DNA of 64,000 bases from Fistulifera solaris (Eukaryota): contig AP026132.1 of NCBI GenBank assembly GCA_030295235.1, positions 496,001-560,000 on the forward strand, read 5' to 3'. Made by a program: the position numbers and the translations under genes. Below are positions 37,295-49,357 of this stretch, piece by piece (position 1 is the stretch's first letter; each line of letters starts with the position of its first letter). Below the pieces are notes generated by a model. The model was not told the DNA's origin. It ran no database searches and saw only the letters and a list, made by a program, of their open reading frames with translations.

Positions 37295-37696
37295 TATCAA
37301 ATGGACTAGATGATGTAATAGACGAAGGAATGATTTGATAAGTATGCAGAAAGCTGTCTGATTGTCAAAGGCAAAGTTATGAGCGAGGTGCGCCTTGTTA
37401 GTGACGACTTATTATAAGTGAGTTGTGAGTGTCAGAGCGCACCTTAAATGTAGCGTACCGGTACTCTTTGTACCTAAGTAGTCACACATAAGCCATATTC
37501 CCGAAAACGTTTCAACTCGTAGCGTGTTCGATCTTTTGTAACAATAAAACAACGATCTTTTGTCGCGATAAACGATAAACAAAACAAAATAATGCGACGA
37601 TCGAGAACTTCGACACACGATCTTGCAATTCTAGTGTTTTTCTTACGTCGTTAAGATCACGAAGAGGTTTCTATTGAACAGCAACAGCGAAACAGC

Positions 37697-39222
37697 ATGC
37701 GGAAAATTCGCGTCATAACAACGATCATTCTGGGCTTGTCGTTGAGCCAGGCCCTCTTGTTCAAATCGAAAACTCGCGTTCCTTCCTTGCAGCATGCGTG
37801 GGCCGACAGTAGTTATGAACGCGACATTCCGACCGAAACCATGGCGGCCGTACCGGAACCCGCGGTCGTGCCTTCGCAACCCAAGATTGTGGTGTTGGGT
37901 GCGACGGGGAAAATTGGTCGTCTTGTTGTGAGTCAACTCTTGGAAACGAATGGGGAAGCGACCATTGTCGCCGTCGTCCGCGATTACGACAAGGCGTGTC
38001 GAGTGTTATACGATGATTTGATTACCGTGAACAAGAAAAAGCGTCCCGTTTTACAAATTGTCGAGGCCAATTTAGTGCCACCGGAGGAATTGCCGGGGTA
38101 TTCGAACATTGACGAGGACGAGGAAGAGGAATGGAGGAAACGTGCAACGTCCGCGGCGGCGTTTTATGGAACTTCCATTCAAGACTACAACAATCAACAC
38201 GCATATCCGGCCGATGAAGTACTGGAAGATGCCATTCGGGGATGTACAGCCATTATCAGTTGCGTCGGATCGGTCCGACCCACGAATTTGTGGACCGACT
38301 TTTGCTCCTCTGGAGGGTGTGGCGGAAGGATGTCAGTGCGTGGTGTTCCGATGCGCGGCATCCGTACTACGTGCATTATCGGAGTACCCGGAGAGCCTTG
38401 GCACTCGCGGAAAAAGAACAATTGCGACGACAGTCTCTGCAAACACTCGAGGAGGACGATACCTTGAAACGAAAAAGTACGGACGTACCGTCGCGTATTC
38501 GCTTTGTGCGCATTTCGGACCTGTGTCTGCAGCAACAACCCTGGCACTTTGTTCCGCTGCTGACGAATATTATGCACTCGATGGTGTTTCGCTATCAAGA
38601 CATGACGGAACAAGTGCTGCAATCGAGCAGTTTGGTTGATACCATTGTACTTCGACCGGGGGATCTTTCCGATGACGAGAGAAATGTCAACACGACGGCC
38701 CTTCAAGTCGATCCATCCGGAAAACTGCCGTCACCATCCCGAGTGGGTCGGGAGGATGTGGCTTCCTTGGCCGTTTCTTCGGCCTTGTTTCGTATTCCCA
38801 ACGCCACACAGGCGTCTCATTACACGCTGGCCGTGCGGTGGGTGGGAGAAGATTTACATCCGTATCCCGCACAAGGAACGATGAAGGATGGTTTCGCGAA
38901 TGCACACGCTTGTCTCCGTCATGCATTTCAAAAGAAAATAGCATCTACCGCCCGACGGCGGAACATCAAACCGTATGCACTCTTTACGACCATTCCGGTC
39001 TACACGATGTTGTTTCTACTATTGAGATCACTGACGCATAATCTTCTACCTCTCGTTCTCTCTCATTTACCGGGAAAAACAATTTTGTTGCCGTTCATTT
39101 CTCGCATCGGCAAACTAATGGCGCTCGTGTGCGGCGTCCTGGCGGGGCAATTGGGTGCGCTGCAGCAGATTTCTTTTTCGCGATTTTTCGCCAAGAGTGC
39201 TCCGAAATTCATTTCCTTTTGA
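37697..39222 (+). CDS. Atypical short-chain dehydrogenase / NAD(P)-binding protein (NmrA/TIC62-like), probably plastid-targeted
   Basis: Signal peptide; KIVVLGATGKIGRLVV Rossmann motif; AIISCVG; IVLRPGDL; VGREDVA; hydrophobic C-terminus; frameshift ~38300. Confidence 0.8.
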
Positions 39223-39330
39223 AACAAACTACTGTAACTATTAATTCATTCATAAGCAACTAAAGCGTTCTGTATCCATAATATTGTCTGTCGACACAAT
39301 TCTTTGAAGCAGATTTCTACAAAATCTTAA

Positions 39331-39754
39331 TTATCCGAGTCGCTGCTGCATTTGAGCCATATTTTGCTGTTGTTCTAATTGCGCCTCATTCGCCTTTTGC
39401 AGAATGACTCCGACACGTTGCTGCGTCTCCAAATATTTGGAAACGCATCGGTCCTGTGGGGCAAAGTTGAGCGAGAATCATCCAACGATGCAAGGAAGCA
39501 ATCGCGTCTACTACTTACGGTGCACGTCATTTCCCCCAATGTAATATCCGGATCGCGATGACGCCGAGCGGCACACTTGGTGAAGCAAGAAGAAGCAATT
39601 TTATTGAACAGATCTGCAGGAAAAGTGAGAGTAGTGACGTATAGCGGACTCGACAGTTCCAGCATCACGTACCTGTGTACATTTCCATTTCAACTTTCGC
39701 CGCCTGTACCGGATCCGGCCCTTGTTGTTGTTGTCCACCGGAAAGCCAGCTCAT
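39331..39754 (-). CDS. TIM10: Mitochondrial small Tim chaperone Tim10
   Basis: Three exons give MSWLSGGQQQQGPDPVQAAKVEMEMYTDLFNKIASSCFTKC...LGEMTCTDRCVSKY, with twin CX3C motifs. Confidence 0.9.
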
Positions 39755-40156
39755 GTTTCCGTCGCTTTCTTTCGAGATTATCTAATTAGCAAGACAACGA
39801 TAGTCGCTTTGGTTGTGAATGAAGGGCAAGCTATGAGGGCATTTTCGTGTGATGTTGCTCCGCAAAAATAGGACGCCTTTCTACTTTTTGAACAAGGGAA
39901 ATTCCGCATTCCTTCTTATCAGTATAAATCTTTTATGTAGGCGCAAGATTGTATCAGTCACGGATAAGGACTTTTACCTATAACCTTAACGAAAACAAGA
40001 AAATCAGGTTTGCAGTTTGCAGTTTGCGCAGAGACACCACGACGAGATGCGAAACAGATTTTTTGTTTGATATCATAACAATAACATCCTGTCATGGTCA
40101 TCATCGTCAAAGCGTCCGAATAAAGAGTTGGGCGGATTCGCTATACTATTGCAAGG

Positions 40157-43100
40157 ATGTCAGAGATGTCCTCCGTCGCCGATCTCGCCGAGGAAACAAA
40201 ACTACCCGAAAATCTGATCGAATTCGATAAACTCGTCGAGGATGCTTATCAGCAAGAAATTGCCTTATTTACAATACGCGGTCAAAGTATCCCCACGGCT
40301 TTATCCGTTCATGATCTTACGGAGAATACGAAACGACGAGAAGAAACGCGTCTCGATGTCATTGATGCATGGCGAAGACTCTTGCAGCAGATGAAACACC
40401 GCGCGGTTTTCATCGAGCACGTGACCTCCCTCGAGCGTGCGTTTCTTGATATCGAAGATATTCACAAAACAGAATATCGTCGCCTAATCACACTGGTCGA
40501 CTTATTGACGCAGACGGTGGAACATTCGGATCGGGATGTTTCTTGTCGCTTTGTCACTCTGCTCGAAGTCTTATTATCGTATTCCGACGACTGGGTCCTT
40601 TCGAACGACATTGCGCCATTCTGGGAACGTCTTCAACACGAAGTGCCAGCATCGAAGATAGCCCCGGCAAGTTTTCGGAGACGGGCCTATCGTGTTCTGG
40701 TATCACTGTCGTGGGTTCCGAGTAGCAGCGGACTCTTGGACGCCTGTTCGTTCGATTTCAAAAAGTTGACCACCAATTATGCGGACGCCCCGACTCTGTT
40801 ACAACGCGAAGTATTTTGGAAAATTCGGGGAGGTCAACCACGACCACGACATGATTCGGTGAATCAGATACTGGATCGTCTTAAAGATGAAGCAGGCGTT
40901 TGTATCTCGATTTGGTCGACCAAAGATGGGATGGGAAGACGACCCTCGCCGCACAAGTGGCGAGCAACCCGTCCATTTTGCGAGTGTTCACCGTGGTTTG
41001 GTTGAATTTGGACAAGGAGGAGATGAGCTACGCCAAATATATCGAGTATTTGTCTGAATTAAGTCGACAGATGTCCGTCGATCTCCGATGGCCAGACGCT
41101 GTGGACCGTATCGAAGAACGGGGACTCCGGCAAGTCAGAGAGCAATCGCTGATGAGCGAAGCTCGCAAAATTATGGCAGAATATGTCGAGCGCGAAGAAT
41201 TGAGTGTCTTGCTAATACTTGATGATCTAATCGACTCAAGATGGATCAAGTGGTTTCAATTCAGTGACAGTCAGTCCATCATACTCACTACTTTGAAAAA
41301 AGAGATCGATGGGGTTGATTGGCCAGTTCAGCTCGGTGTTATGGATGAAGGGGAAGCAATCGAGCTTTTCCTTACTGAATCCAGTCTCCCTGTAGACCAT
41401 ATTTTAGGAACTACAGCTGAATTGAAAGAAATTGTAACAAGGTGCGAATTCAATCCTCTGACCGTGCGATCTGTGGCAAGATGGTTTCATTTGAAACAGG
41501 TTACGGCTGGGCACCAAAAAGCGATCGAAGAGATTTTGTTTGACATGGAGAGCTTGGCTCAATCAGAACGAAGGGAGACGAGCGAAGACGAACACGAAGA
41601 GATGGACCCAAACATGTTTGTTTTTGACGTCTTAAGTCTCATGATGGGTCCTACGACAAGCAACACAAACATAACATCGGTGGTTTTCGTCCTGTGCTTC
41701 GCAGCGCTCGAGGTTGTCTTTCCTCACCGTGTTCCTCTGGACGCTGTGTTACTGCTCTGGGAACAGGCTCTTGCGACTGAGTCTCTTGCAAGAGATGAGC
41801 TTCAAGTCACCGGCGTCTCACAAGCCGGCATACCGAAACTTGCCTGGTTCATCGCAGAAGGGTTGATACACATGGGTGTAATTCATGTTTTTGACGACGA
41901 GCAAGGAAACCCTTGGGTCCAAATTCACCACAAATTGTACGGAGAATTCGCTGCTTTGATGGCTAGAGAGATGTTTGTAAAGGCTTCGTTTGAAGTGACC
42001 GCCTCTAAATGGAATGAGGCATTTGTCACAACTTTTGTTACGCGGAGAATTCAGGTAAACATGAAAGAAGCCACATCGTGTAGCATGGAGTACGCCCTAC
42101 GACGACTTCCTGAACATATGTTGAAAGGAAACATGCTCACCACAGCGGAGAAGATCCTTACCGACGAACAATTCTTTAAAGCTCGCATCGATACTCTAGG
42201 ATGGGACAAGGCGATGGATATCCAGCTACTAAATTGTGTTGCCTTACAAGAGCGATTCGGAGAGGAGCTCGAGGGAGGAGTGACGGTAGTATTTAGACGG
42301 ACAGTCGATATGGTGAAGGAACTGGCAGGGAAAAGTTTTGATAGTGTCGAACATGCCAATCAAGCGGCTGCGCATATTTACAACAGGATTGGCTTTTTAC
42401 TGACTGGGTTGAAATTCTATGGAATTGCTATTGGTTACCTTGAGGAAGTTCAGCGTATGAACGTCCCTGACGCGATTGTGGCAACATCTCTCTACGGGGA
42501 AGGTATTTGTCATTTGAATCTCAATCAAACAGATATCGGACTGCAGAAAGCGAAAAACTGCCACTCAATCATGGAACTAGGATCTGACCTTCATGTTCTC
42601 TACACGAATATGCTACAGCTGGTTTCGTCGGCGCTGGTGGCTGCGTGCCACTACACCGAAGCCGCCCAGTTTTACCATGTCATCTGCGACAAGCTTCGAG
42701 CGGATCCGGAAAAATGGAAGCTGGAACTAAGCTCGATTTTGCTTGGACAAGCACAACTTTTTTCAGTACTGGGCGATTTTGAGAACGCCGAAACGTTTTT
42801 TTCTTGAGTGTTTGCAAATGAAAGAGAGGGCGAACGAGAAAAGTCTCGATTTGGTATCCGCGTATTCATACCTAGGGGATGTTTTTATAGAACTTGACCG
42901 GGCTGACGACGCTAAGGAGCGATATGAAGCTGCTATCGACATTCTAAGCTGTTTAAACGCCGATGACATTGACGGTGAAATTATTTTACTTTTGAAGGGA
43001 AAGCTTCATTTTCTCCGAGGTGACTACTACTCCAGCTCCGAGGCTTTTACGGTTTCCGCCGATTTGATCAATAAGTCCCCAACTTTGCTGCTCGACAAAT

Positions 43101-44494
43101 CTGCATATGATCTTCGGTTCATGGCAAGAACGTTTTTCCTAAGAGGGGAATCTGAAAAAGCTGTCGAGTTGCTCAAAGCTAGCCTTGAACTTTCCGATGA
43201 GCGCCCGATATCACTGGAACGTGCAGCCGGACTGACTGATCTTGCACATTCTCTCATAGATATGGGGAATTTGAATGAAGGCATCACGTTCTTGGAAAAT
43301 GCTCTTGAAATTCAAATTACACATTTTGGAGAGAGTCTTTTTGTTGTTGATAGATTGAAGGCGATTGGAGGTGTTCATTGCGCTCTCAAAGCATACGATG
43401 AGGCAATCGCCGTGTATGACAAAATCCGCGAAATACTGCAACGAGTCCATAGCGAAGATACGGACAGGATGGCCGATATCATATTTGCGATAGGCGACGT
43501 TCTCGAGCAAAAGGGCGAAGTGGATGAGGCGATACAAGCCTTCACACAGTTCATCAAAGTCGTCGAAAGCACTAAATCCTCGGATCATCCCGAAATCGCG
43601 AGATCGTACCAACGGATGGGAGAAATTGAGCTGAAACGACATTCAGTTGATGAAGCCGAGGGTCACTTCACGAAAGCGTACGCTATCCGCAAAGTTCATA
43701 ATCAAGATTCGTTGATAGCGGAAACTTCTCATTTCCTCGGTGTTTTGGCAAGAATGCGCCGCGATCAGAATCTTGCTCTCGAGTATTTGACGAGCGCACT
43801 GGAAGTTCGAAAAGGTTACGACAAAGCCGGAGAAACATGTCTAACATTATTCGAAATTGGTAATGTCTATCGAATGCAGTGGGAGTACGACAGCGCTATC
43901 AGCGTCTACGACAAAGGTCTGGAGATGATCGACAAAAGCTCCGAAATGGCAGGGAGAATTGAGAATGCAAAGGGACACGTAATGGTCGGCAAAGGCGATT
44001 TGGAGGACAGTCTTAGCATGTTTAGCAAGTTCCGCGAGACCAGACTGGAGCGATTCGGTAGAGATCACATTTTGACTGGAAACACTTCGAGGAGTCTCGG
44101 CCTTGTTCATTTCTTGTTGAATCACGTCGATGAGGCCCTGGTTCATTTGAACGAATTCGTCCGTGTATGCGAATTGCAAGAAGACGAGGATACAAGTGAA
44201 ACCATAGACTACGCAATGGCTGTTTTTCTTCTCGGAGAACTCCACCATCACAAAGGCAAGACCGATCAAGCGGAAGAAGTGTGGACCGTAAGTAAAGAGG
44301 TTTGCGAGGATAATGGATTTGACGCAGTTTATCCAGAGTTCTTTGCCATGGTGAGCCGCCGTCTCGAACCAGGCGCCGAGGCAAAACCAAAAAGTACGGG
44401 GCTATTCTCCCGACTCACCGGGGAGGCGCAAATTCTCACTGATCCCGACGAACGACGGGTGTTGCAACAGATCGCCTTCATGGACGACGAATAA
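40157..44494 (+). CDS. STAND NTPase: helical N-terminal domain + NB-ARC + APAF-1-like helical domain + TPR array
   Basis: Walker A DGMG(K)TTLAAQV, restored by one A at ~40935; FTVVWLNL; Walker B LLILDDL; IILTT; CEFNPLTV (GLPL-equivalent); IHH (MHD-equivalent); EYALRRLPEHM...LTDEQFFKARI; many TPRs at 42330-44300 (e.g. DHPEIARSYQRMG). Frameshift in the T-run at ~42800. Confidence 0.88.
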
Positions 44495-44599
44495 CTGTGT
44501 ATTTACAATTTTGAACTTTCTCATTTGTGAAGCATCCACAGCAGCGGAATTAGAAGAACAACTTTCATTAAAGAAGCTTTTTATTGTTTCATAGAATGT

Positions 44600-45772
44600 T
44601 TATTTACGAAGGTCAACGACGACCGGACCATTCTTGAATGCTGGCATCTGGATTTTGGCAGAGTCTTCCTTCCAGTTGGCGTTTCCCGGACCAACGTCCT
44701 TGACTGCCTTTGCCTCCGAGATTGTTTCTTCGTCCTCTACCGAAACCATCGTCAATGATACTTTTCGGTTGGCGATTTCCTTGACACGGACTTGTACTTT
44801 CTCGTTGACCTTGACCGCGCTATCGACCGAGCTGACGCGTCCCACCGACAAGGCCGAAATGTGTACCAAACCGTCCAATTCTCCTTCCACTTCCGGATTC
44901 AAGTCTGCGGCATTAATTCGAACAAACGCTCCAAAATCGACAGTACTGATTACGGTACCCTCTACAAATTTGTTTTGATCCCAACCCTTCTCCTTCAAGC
45001 CATTCACGACCGCACTGTCGTCCGATCGCTGCTGTCGCTGCTGTCGTTCCTTTTGTTGACGAGGAGCCGGGGCTTGTGCCTTGGCTTCTTCGGCTTGTTC
45101 GGCCGAAAGAAGAGACAAAGCCACTTGGTTCTTCTTCTCGTCAATATTGGTGATGCGGACATCAATTTCCGAGTTGAGTTCGAGGATCTCCTTGACGTCC
45201 TTGACGAAACCCACCGAAAGCTGGGAGATGTGCAAAAGGCCATCCGTCTGGGCACCGATATCAATGAAAGCACCGTAACTGGCAATCGTCTTGACTCGTC
45301 CTTTCACGGTATCGCCGACCTTGTACTCACCGAGTGGTTTGCCCTGGGGACCTTTCTTTTCAATGATTTTCGAGCGGGGCGTTCGGCGTTGTGCGCTTCA
45401 TCTTCACTTTCAATACCATCCATGGCAGCGACTTCTCCGGGGACTTCTGCGACGTCGGCAAAGAGAATCATGGTTTTGCGACGCGAGCAAGCCGCACAGA
45501 CGCATCCCGAAGCATGGGAAGCGACGACATCGGCGACGGGCGGAGATACTCCCGAGGATACTCGGCTCGCAACGAAACCTGAAGAAATGAAAGTAGAATA
45601 ATTAGGTAACGCGTCGGTAACAAAAATTTCAATTCGGAATAAACAAATTTAGGTGCTTTTTCGTAATGGAACGCTTGCAAGAGAACTTACCCGAAACAGG
45701 AGCGGGAGAGAAGGCTGACACGGAGCCAACCGAGAAAAGGAAGGCAGAAACAGCAGTTGTTGAGAAGTGCAT
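44600..45772 (-). CDS. Plastid-targeted protein with two S1 RNA-binding domains (PSRP-7/ribosomal S1-like)
   Basis: Presequence MHFSTTAVSAFLFSVGSVSA-FSP (ASAFAP type); intron 45579-45690; S1 motifs GRVKTIASYGAFIDIGAQTDGLLHISQL and GTVISTVDFGAFV...DGLVHISAL. Confidence 0.85.
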
Positions 45773-46155
45773 GCTTGATATGAATTACAATAGAACAATC
45801 AGATGATTTATTCCGCTTGCACAAAGGTAACAGCAACCTAGAATCGCAAATCGATGTGTCAGTCAACTTTTTCTGGTTGCTGTTGTTGTTTTCAGCGGTC
45901 AGCGTTGATGGGCAACTTCGTCTGTCTGCAAGGCGTCGGGTCTTCTATGACGTACTTCCATCTTCTTTCTTGTATGAAACACAGAGTAGATTGAGTACCG
46001 TTTTGTTTCATCTACAGTCTCGTAGTCAGTAGTCGGCAAAAGCGGCAATTGCACGCCACACATCAACCGCTTTGTTGCAATCGAACAAAAAACTTATCAT
46101 CTTTGTCGGCAACAATCATCGACAACCTCTTTGTTTTTTTCTTTATTCAAATACA

Positions 46156-46496
46156 ATGATGCAACTTATTTCCTTCCTCCTTGCTCTTCTGATTGCGAAT
46201 GCTGCGGCATTCGCTCCGTTCGGCGTTGTTTCCGATCGCTCTCGGTACGTGTCGTTGCGTTCTCAGTCAGTCACGCTTTACCATGACTGACATCTTTTCG
46301 CTTGTGCAGAACAATCTGCTTTGCCAAGCACGCCAACGATAAGGGTGCGAAATGGGCCAAGTCCAAGCGTCCGAAAAAGTCCAGCCCGGCTGACATTAAC
46401 CGAAAGCCGGTCGTCTACGAATTGACGAGCATGGTGAAACCAGCGGAATTCACAATCTCCAGCGAACCCGCCACATCGGTCGCCAAGTCTGGTTAA
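46156..46496 (+). CDS. Plastid-targeted small basic protein, PSRP6 (cL38)-like
   Basis: Presequence MMQLISFLLALLIANAAA-FAP; intron 46245-46309. Mature part KGAKWAKSKRPKKSSPADINRKPVVYELTSMVKPAEFTI matches the recalled plant PSRP6 pattern K..RPKK....D..R.P.VY......PAEW.I. Confidence 0.75.
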
Positions 46497-46569
46497 ATTG
46501 AATTAGTACTCTATTGAAACACGAGAAAAACACAATCGTTAACATGTTTGCGTATCCTGTGATTATAAG

Positions 46570-48120
46570 TTAATGGTTCTTGGCGCGCTCCAAAAGTTCC
46601 GGAATGTCTTGCGAAAAAACTTTGTCCATTTCTCGTACCAGTTTCTTGTCCAACTTGGGAAAGTCACTCAGATCCTTGATTTCGTACAAAGCTTGCCTCA
46701 TAGGCTCCAGCGCCGGGAAATCTCCTTTGGCAACCCGTACCGCCGCGCGGCCGCCAAAAACTCCGATTCGAGCCGTCCAATCAGTCTCTTTTGTTTCTCT
46801 CGTTTTCCCCATGTTAGAGGCAACTGTTTTCTCAAATAGTGAATAATATACGCGTGCACTTTCACACTGCGCGCCCGTTTCACCATTTCGTTAATTCGTC
46901 GCATCACGGCGTGTTGCGGCAGCATCATAATATCACGCAACAAATCCATTTCCTCTCGTTGCAAAAGTTCGGCCTGCTCGGTGCACTGTAACGGAGCATC
47001 CCAGAAGCTTCCCATGTAGACACGGCACACTTCCGGAGTATTCATTACCTTCCCCAACGACCACATGAGGGCTCCGTACACGCGCATGAGCTGTTGTGTC
47101 GAAATACTGTCGGCCTTGTTCAAAACAATCCGTATTTTATCCAGATGAGGGATCATGAGTTCCATGACCGATTTTAATTCATCCGAAATATCCAGCTTGT
47201 GCGCATCAAACATGACAATGATCAAGTCGGCACGTTCGGCAAACCATTTCATGACACCTTCGTAATCGTAATTTCGCGATCGCTGCTTCTGTCCCGAAAG
47301 AATGCCCGGAGTGTCAATAATGGTCACATTCCGCAACAGCGGCGCATCTAACTCGGCCGCTTCCATCCGCGACAAGAAGTTGTTTCCAAACGGATTCAAT
47401 CCGGTGAAAGGACGGTCGGCTTGGGAACAGAGTGCGGCACCGGGTATGATCTTGTCTTGGCCTCCCCACAATATGGCCGTAAAGCGATCCGTCGTCGGTT
47501 CGGGTCCCACACGAATGCCGGGAAAATCACGGCCCAGTAAATACTTGACAAAGGACGTTTTCCCCACACTGTATTGACCCAGCAACAAGATCAAGGGAGG
47601 GGCATCAAAGTCCGATGGCGACAGTGGAGGCGAATGGAAGTGACCGTAACGCGAAGCGAGTTCCAGAGGAAGAATCTTCTTTCGATACAATCGAGCCAGT
47701 CCTCTTAATATGAACTCTTTATCAAAGTTGGAAAGATCCATCGCTCCTGAATCTTGCTGCGTGTTGGATAAATCCTCTTGGCTTTCCCAATCCTCCTCTC
47801 TGTGTGTCGGTGGGTGCTGAAAGTCACGGGAGAAATCTTCTTGCGGAGGTAACGGCGGTGGCGGCATATTGTTGTTATTGTGATAGGAAGGAACATCCTC
47901 CCTCGTCGTACAGGGGTGGTGGGAGTTCGGGCGTGTCCGGAAACGACGGAGGTAGATCGGGCGGCGGATAATACTGACCATCCTGTGGATACGACGATCC
48001 TGCCCGTATTTGATGTATCCGATTCAGAAACGGAACGGCTGAACATGATTGGAGAAGAAGGACAGATGAAATGAGTAATCGACAGATGCCGCCCGTGTGT
48101 ATCGAGGATACTCTCTGCAT
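46570..48120 (-). CDS. EHD/RME-1-type dynamin-like NTPase with an N-terminal signal peptide and no EH domain
   Basis: LYRKKILPLE, GQYSVGKTS, GPEPTTDRF, IDTPGILSG, FDAHKLDISDE, LNKAD, LMRVYGALMWSLGKV, RVYMGSFW; ends after DIPELL. Frameshifts at ~47900 and ~46725. Confidence 0.9.
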
Positions 48121-48548
48121 ATTACAAAGACTTCCCGTGGTTGCGTTCTTTTGCAGATCAATGACCTCTAGTTCTAGTCGAGGGTACGGATCGAAGAAAA
48201 AAGGTTCAAGACTTTCGTTATGAATTGCATGAGAAACTTTTTGTCGAAGTGCTGCTTCGTAAAAAATGCAATTAAATGGGTCCCCCTAAATCCAGTCACG
48301 AGTAAATCGAATTCCACGTGTCGTCCTTGGAAGAAGGGACATGAATAATGTGTCGCATCGCAGAAGTAGGCTACTTTAAAAACGATATAGAATAGGAACT
48401 ATATATTTTAGAGTTTTATCAACGGACATCCGGTACTCCCACCACAACGCGGTGCAAAACTGCAACAATAAAACATGCAACGCAGTTCATTTGCATCGAA
48501 TCATCCATCATCATCTCGACATTTTTACAACTAACTTGACCATTTTCG

Positions 48549-49357
48549 ATGCCTCCTCTTTTAACGCAAGTCGCCCGCACATCGGATTCGTTGCCACTAG
48601 TGGCGTGCACGACCGCCACACATACATTGCCGGTAACGAGTAAGCATCAACAAGATGCGCAGCAGCTCATGAAACGTATGACTACAGGGTCCGTGCCTGC
48701 GGTGCCTTTGTGCTACTGTTTCTTTTGAAACTCACATTCTTTCTTACAGATCTCCGAATAAAATGTCGATTGCTACCGGCAATTACTGCTTTTATTACAT
48801 GTCACGAGATAATCTCTGTTTCTTAACGTTGTGCGAGGAGAGTTTTCCGAAGCGTTCGGCGTTTTTGTATCTAGAAGAAATTGCGGATCTGATTTTGCAG
48901 GAAATGATTCGGGAATATGGGAATGATGTAAGTACTGCAAACGAACGGAAACCTTCATTGCCAGGCATAGGCACATACTCAAATTGCAGATTGCAGTGGC
49001 GAAATCAGGTTGACCAAGCGGCACGGCCCTTCCAATTCATTCACTATGATCCCATCATTCAACGAAAGCAACGCGAATACCGAGAACAGCGACCTCAAGC
49101 ACGATCGCAGTTGAACGAAGACTTGAATGAGATTCACAGCATCATGCGCAAAAACATTGACGAGATTCTAAATCGCGGGGAAAAATTGGATCAAGTCTCG
49201 AATATTAGCAACGACTTGCGCAGCAAATCGAAAGACTTTAAATGGGGAACCAAAAAGTTGACTTTGCAAGCGCGATTACAACAATACGGACCGATGGTGG
49301 TCGGTGCGACGCTCTTTTATTATTCTTTACGTCAAAATATTTCACATCGGATTTTGA
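48549..49357 (+). CDS. SEC22: Longin R-SNARE Sec22
   Basis: Exon 1 MPPLLTQVARTSDSLPLV (absent from the ORF track); longin FLTLCEESFPKRSAFLYLEEI; ARPFQFIHYD; SNARE LNEDLNEIHSIMRKNIDEILNRGEKLD; C-terminal TM with a frameshift at ~49316. Two introns. Confidence 0.92.

Noticed and set aside
37295..37696. CO2/cAMP-responsive elements upstream of the theta-CA
   Set aside because: Only near matches (TGACGA, TTACGT) were seen, not the TGACGT/C core, so no regulatory site is claimed.
44792..45601. Long antisense or alternative-frame ORFs (e.g. 44792-45601 +, 2039-2923 -, 11514-12104 +, 14814-15407 +)
   Set aside because: They are shadows of well-supported coding frames and have no motifs of their own.
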